NCBI GenBank assembly: GCA_965208575.1
Contig: CBDBOV010000004.1
Span: 1,152,001 to 1,216,000 of the forward strand
Source: Spirochaetia bacterium
GTDB lineage: Bacteria; Spirochaetota; Spirochaetia; SZUA-6; Bin103
Reading direction: 5' to 3'
DNA: 64,000 bases
Made by a program: the position numbers and the translations under genes. Shown here piece by piece: positions 60,668-64,000 of the stretch (position 1 is its first letter; every line of letters begins with the position of its first letter). The notes beneath the pieces are model-generated. The model ran no database searches and was not told the origin of the DNA. It worked only from the letters and a program-made list of their open reading frames with translations.

Positions 60668-61921
60668 GTGGCGAGACACAAGATTCGAGATCGTTCACTG
60701 GCCGATCGGGGCGCGTTGAAGATCCGCTGGGCGCAGTCGCGGATGCCGGTCCTCGCGCACCTGCAGCGCCGCTTCGAGGACAGCAAGCCGCTCGCCGGGC
60801 AGCGGATCGCTGGCTGCCTGCACGTCACCAAGGAGACCGCGGTCCTGGTCCGAGCGTTGCGCGCGGCCGGCGCCGAGGTGGCGTGGTCGGGCTGCAATCC
60901 GCTGTCCACGCAGGATGACGTGGCCGCCGCGCTCGCCGCCGACGGCATCAGCATCTTCGCCTGGCACGGATTGTCGGTGGACGAGTTCTACTGGTGCATC
61001 GACGCCACGCTGGAGAGCCTGCCGACGCTGACCCTCGACGACGGCGCGGACCTCATCTTTCGCGTCCATTCGCGGTTTCCCGAGCTGGCGGGCCAAATCC
61101 GCGGCGGCACCGAGGAAACCACCACCGGCGTACAGCGCCTGCAGGCGATGGCCGTCGACGGCAAGCTGCGGTACCCGGTGATCGCCGTGAACAACGCGGA
61201 GACCAAGTGGGACTTCGACAACGTGTACGGGACCGGACAATCCGCCCTCGACGGGCTGCTGCGCGCTACCTCGATACTGCTGGCCGGCAAGACGCTGGTG
61301 GTGGCCGGCTTCGGGCACTGCGGGCGCGGCACCGCGGCGCGCGCGCGCGGCATGGGAGCGCGCGTGGTGATCACCGAGGTGGACCCGATCGCTGCGCTCA
61401 AGGCTACCCTGGACGGGTTCGAGGTGCTGCCGATGGCGGAGGCTGCGCGGCTCGGCGAGGTATTCATTACCACCACCGGCATGCGCGACGTCATTACGCG
61501 CCGCCACTTCGCGGTGATGAAGGACGGCGCGGTAATCTGCAACGCGGGCCACTACGATTGTGAGCTGAACCTCGATGATCTGAAGGAGATGGCGGCGCCG
61601 CCGACGGAGGTCCGCGCCAACAACCAGGAGTACGTGCTCGCCGACGGACGCCGGATCTACCTGCTGGCGCAGGGACGGCTGATCAACCTGGCGGCTGCCG
61701 AGGGCCATCCGCCGGAAGTGATGGACATGTCGTTCGCAAATCAGTTCCTTAGCATGGTGTCGTTGGCGGACGGTTGCGCGCGGCACAACGGGGTATACCC
61801 GATCTCCGCGGAACAGGATCGGGAGATCGCGGCCATCAAGCTGCGCACGATGGGCATCGACATCGACGCGCTGTCGTCCACACAACAGGCCTACTTGCAG
61901 GACTACTCGCAGGGCACGTAA
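60668..61921 (+). CDS. ahcY: Adenosylhomocysteinase
   Basis: MPVL, GCLHVT, CNPLSTQD, DDGAD, EETTTG, FDNVYGT and GHPPEVMDMSF. A TTGCAC-18-TATAGT promoter lies at 60625-60654. Confidence 0.97.
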   Translation: MARHKIRDRSLADRGALKIRWAQSRMPVLAHLQRRFEDSKPLAGQRIAGCLHVTKETAVLVRALRAAGAEVAWSGCNPLSTQDDVAAALAADGISIFAWHGLSVDEFYWCIDATLESLPTLTLDDGADLIFRVHSRFPELAGQIRGGTEETTTGVQRLQAMAVDGKLRYPVIAVNNAETKWDFDNVYGTGQSALDGLLRATSILLAGKTLVVAGFGHCGRGTAARARGMGARVVITEVDPIAALKATLDGFEVLPMAEAARLGEVFITTTGMRDVITRRHFAVMKDGAVICNAGHYDCELNLDDLKEMAAPPTEVRANNQEYVLADGRRIYLLAQGRLINLAAAEGHPPEVMDMSFANQFLSMVSLADGCARHNGVYPISAEQDREIAAIKLRTMGIDIDALSSTQQAYLQDYSQGT

Positions 61922-62664
61922 TGAATTCGGCTATCGGCACACAGTCTCCAAAGGCGCCTGAGGCACCGGAGGCGGTCGCGGAAACGCCCGCCGCCGACAC
62001 CGCGGAGGGCGCTCACCACGGTCCGACCAACCTGGTTCTGTTGGGGCCGCCGGGTGCGGGCAAGGGTACGGTGGCGGAGCTGCTGAGCACGCGCCTGGGC
62101 ATTCCGCACATCTCGTCGGGGGACATGTTCCGCGCCGCCATCGGCGCCGGCACCAGGCTGGGCAGGGAGGTAGCCGCCACCATCAAGCGCGGCGAGCTGG
62201 TTGCCGACCAGGTGACCGTGGCATTGATCCGGGAGCGGCTCGCCGCCAAGGACGCAGGCAGAGGCTATCTGCTGGACGGATTCCCGCGCACCATCGCCCA
62301 GGCCGAGGCGCTGCAGGCGCTCAGCGACGTGAATGCCGTCATCAACCTCGACGTGTCGGACGATCTGGCAGTGCTGCGCATCTCCGGTCGCCGGGTATGT
62401 ACCGCCGACGGCGAAATCTACCATCTCGCCAACCGTCCGCCGCGGGTGGCCGGAACATGCGACCGGTGCGGCCGGGCGCTGATCCAACGCGACGACGACC
62501 GCCCGTCCGCGGTGCGCCACCGCCTGCAGGTGTACCAGCGCCAGACCGCGCCGCTGGTGGACTTCTACGCCAACCGCCGACTGCTGTTCGGCATCGACGG
62601 CACCCCGCCCGCGCTGCAGGTTCGCGATCAAATCCTGTTGCGCCTGCGCACCCGCGCCACCTGA
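61921..62664 (+). CDS. adk: Adenylate kinase
   Basis: GPPGAGKGT, HISSGDMFR, LDGFPRT and a LID with C..D...C..C. Confidence 0.96.
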   Translation: MNSAIGTQSPKAPEAPEAVAETPAADTAEGAHHGPTNLVLLGPPGAGKGTVAELLSTRLGIPHISSGDMFRAAIGAGTRLGREVAATIKRGELVADQVTVALIRERLAAKDAGRGYLLDGFPRTIAQAEALQALSDVNAVINLDVSDDLAVLRISGRRVCTADGEIYHLANRPPRVAGTCDRCGRALIQRDDDRPSAVRHRLQVYQRQTAPLVDFYANRRLLFGIDGTPPALQVRDQILLRLRTRAT

Positions 62665-62700
62665 CCGCGGGCCAACGGATCCGTCTCCCGCGGGTGCCGG

Positions 62701-63690
62701 TTACTCGTCCGGCGCGCCGTGCCTGGCCAGCAGGTCCAGCACCATCGGACGGTACAGCAGGTCGTCGCGGGACAGCAGGTCCGCGAGCCGCTCCTCATCC
62801 TTGAAGCCTCTCTGCAGCGCGGTCCGGAGCGCCTCCAGCCCGGCGATCGGGTCCTCCACCGCGGTGAGCAGAATCACGGCGCGTTCGAACGCCGCCTCGC
62901 CGCGGTACGGGTCCTCCTCCTGCAGCCGCTGCTCGGCGTCGGCGTACAGTTCGAGGGCTGCGTCGTAGCGGCCCTGAATGCGCTCTACCCGCGCCAGCGC
63001 CAGCAGGGCGTCGGCGGCGTCGGGATGCTCTTCCAGGTACTGGCGCAACAGGTTGGACGCCTCCGCCGGCGCGCCCACCACGGCGTCGCCGGCGTCGGCG
63101 ATCAGCAATCCGAGGTGCAGGCGCGCATCCTGGTCGTCGGGGTGCTCGGCCAGCAGCGCGCGCAGTTGGACCGCCGCCGCCGGTTTGTCGCCCAGCGTCC
63201 ACAGCAGAATCGCCCGGTTGAAGCGCGCCGCCGCGTGACGGGGCTGCACCTCCAGCAGGCGCACGTAGGTCGCCAGCGCATCGCCCCAGCGCCCGCCGCG
63301 CCGGTGACTCTCCGCCTGCAGCTCCAGCACGCGCACGTTGTCCGGGCTGGCCGCCAGCAGCCGCTCCAGGTGGCCGCTTGCCGCCGCGGAGTCGCCGGAC
63401 TCAAGGAGCGCGGCAGCCAGGTTGAAGCGCGCGTCGGAGGCATCCGGCCGCAACGCGACGGCGCGCTCCAGGTAGCGCACGGCGCGCTCATGGTCTCCCG
63501 ACTCCAGGAAGCCGGTGCCGAGGTTGTAGTACTCGTGGGCGAACTGCTCGCGGGTCAGGTCGCTCGATGCGCACCCCGCGGCCAGCGCGGACGCCAGCAG
63601 GGCCAGGCCCGCGCCGATGCGGCGGAACCACCGCTCCGGCCGCCACGACCGGGCGCGCACTGCCAGGCGGCAATCCATACGTGCCGCCAT
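62701..63690 (-). CDS. Tetratricopeptide-repeat lipoprotein
   Basis: Lipobox-like LAAGC and repeated TPR patterns (YYNLG...A...L..A..L.P, ARFNLA). Confidence 0.85.
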   Translation of the reverse strand: MAARMDCRLAVRARSWRPERWFRRIGAGLALLASALAAGCASSDLTREQFAHEYYNLGTGFLESGDHERAVRYLERAVALRPDASDARFNLAAALLESGDSAAASGHLERLLAASPDNVRVLELQAESHRRGGRWGDALATYVRLLEVQPRHAAARFNRAILLWTLGDKPAAAVQLRALLAEHPDDQDARLHLGLLIADAGDAVVGAPAEASNLLRQYLEEHPDAADALLALARVERIQGRYDAALELYADAEQRLQEEDPYRGEAAFERAVILLTAVEDPIAGLEALRTALQRGFKDEERLADLLSRDDLLYRPMVLDLLARHGAPDE

Positions 63691-63845
63691 TATGCCCTGC
63701 CCGGCAGCCGGGGGCGAAACGCCGGCCGCAGGCGGGCAGCGCCGCGTCGTGTCCGGCCGCTCCCGGTGCGACGCCGGGTTCCACCGCGCCCGCTGGTCGC
63801 GGCGGCGCGGGTGACAGCTTGCATCGCCGGCGGTAGCCTTGTGGC

Positions 63846-64000
63846 GTGACCGCCGCCACCCGACGCGACCCGCGCAAGCTGCTCGCCTGCGCCATGACCG
63901 CGGCAGTGTTGACCGTGTCCGCCGTCGCGTGCCAGCGCGGAGCCGCCGGCGAGGCGACCACCAGCCGTTACCAGGAGGCGCCGATGTTGCGCGAACGGGT
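63846..64000 (+). CDS. Probable ABC substrate-binding lipoprotein (family 5), 5' fragment running off the window
   Basis: Translated by hand as VTAATRRDPRKLLACAMTAAVLTVSAVAC...YQEAPMLRERV: a lipobox plus the EAPML..V motif seen in peptide-SBP N-termini. Confidence 0.6.
   Translation, partial: MTAATRRDPRKLLACAMTAAVLTVSAVACQRGAAGEATTSRYQEAPMLRER

Overview
This is a very GC-rich bacterial chromosomal segment. Its gene order (rpsT-HU-lnt-rho; LIC_12708-like/secA; mraZ-rsmH-ftsL-murF-ftsW-ftsQAZ-xerD-dprA-xerC-hslVU-flagellar cluster; recN-nadK-DegT-like) points to Spirochaetota; this is an inference from synteny, not a database result. Most of the window is housekeeping: tRNA-Leu(TAA), tRNA-Ile(GAT), tyrS/glyQS/gltX, two lnt paralogues, two EF-G paralogues, secA, cell-division genes, ahcY and adk. 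The main candidate for an undescribed system is a sharply reduced flagellar operon (about 28.0-41.8 kb, minus strand). It keeps only fliF, a fliM/fliN-like chimera, fliO-P-Q-R, flhB, flhA, flhF and fliA, followed by an SwrB-like membrane protein and two LysM-M23 peptidases. The rod, hook, motor, FliG, ATPase and flhG genes are missing from their usual positions. The retained proteins have also lost motility-specific or late-substrate features: FlhB NPTH is replaced by DAAR, the FlhA chaperone-docking segment is deleted, the FliM CheY-binding peptide is absent, and the FliP Met gasket reads IIV. All reading frames are nonetheless intact and the operon has a good sigma70-type promoter. This suggests a flagellum-derived, non-motile export apparatus, although ongoing decay cannot be excluded. 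All protein assignments are by motif recognition from the translation; no searches were run.
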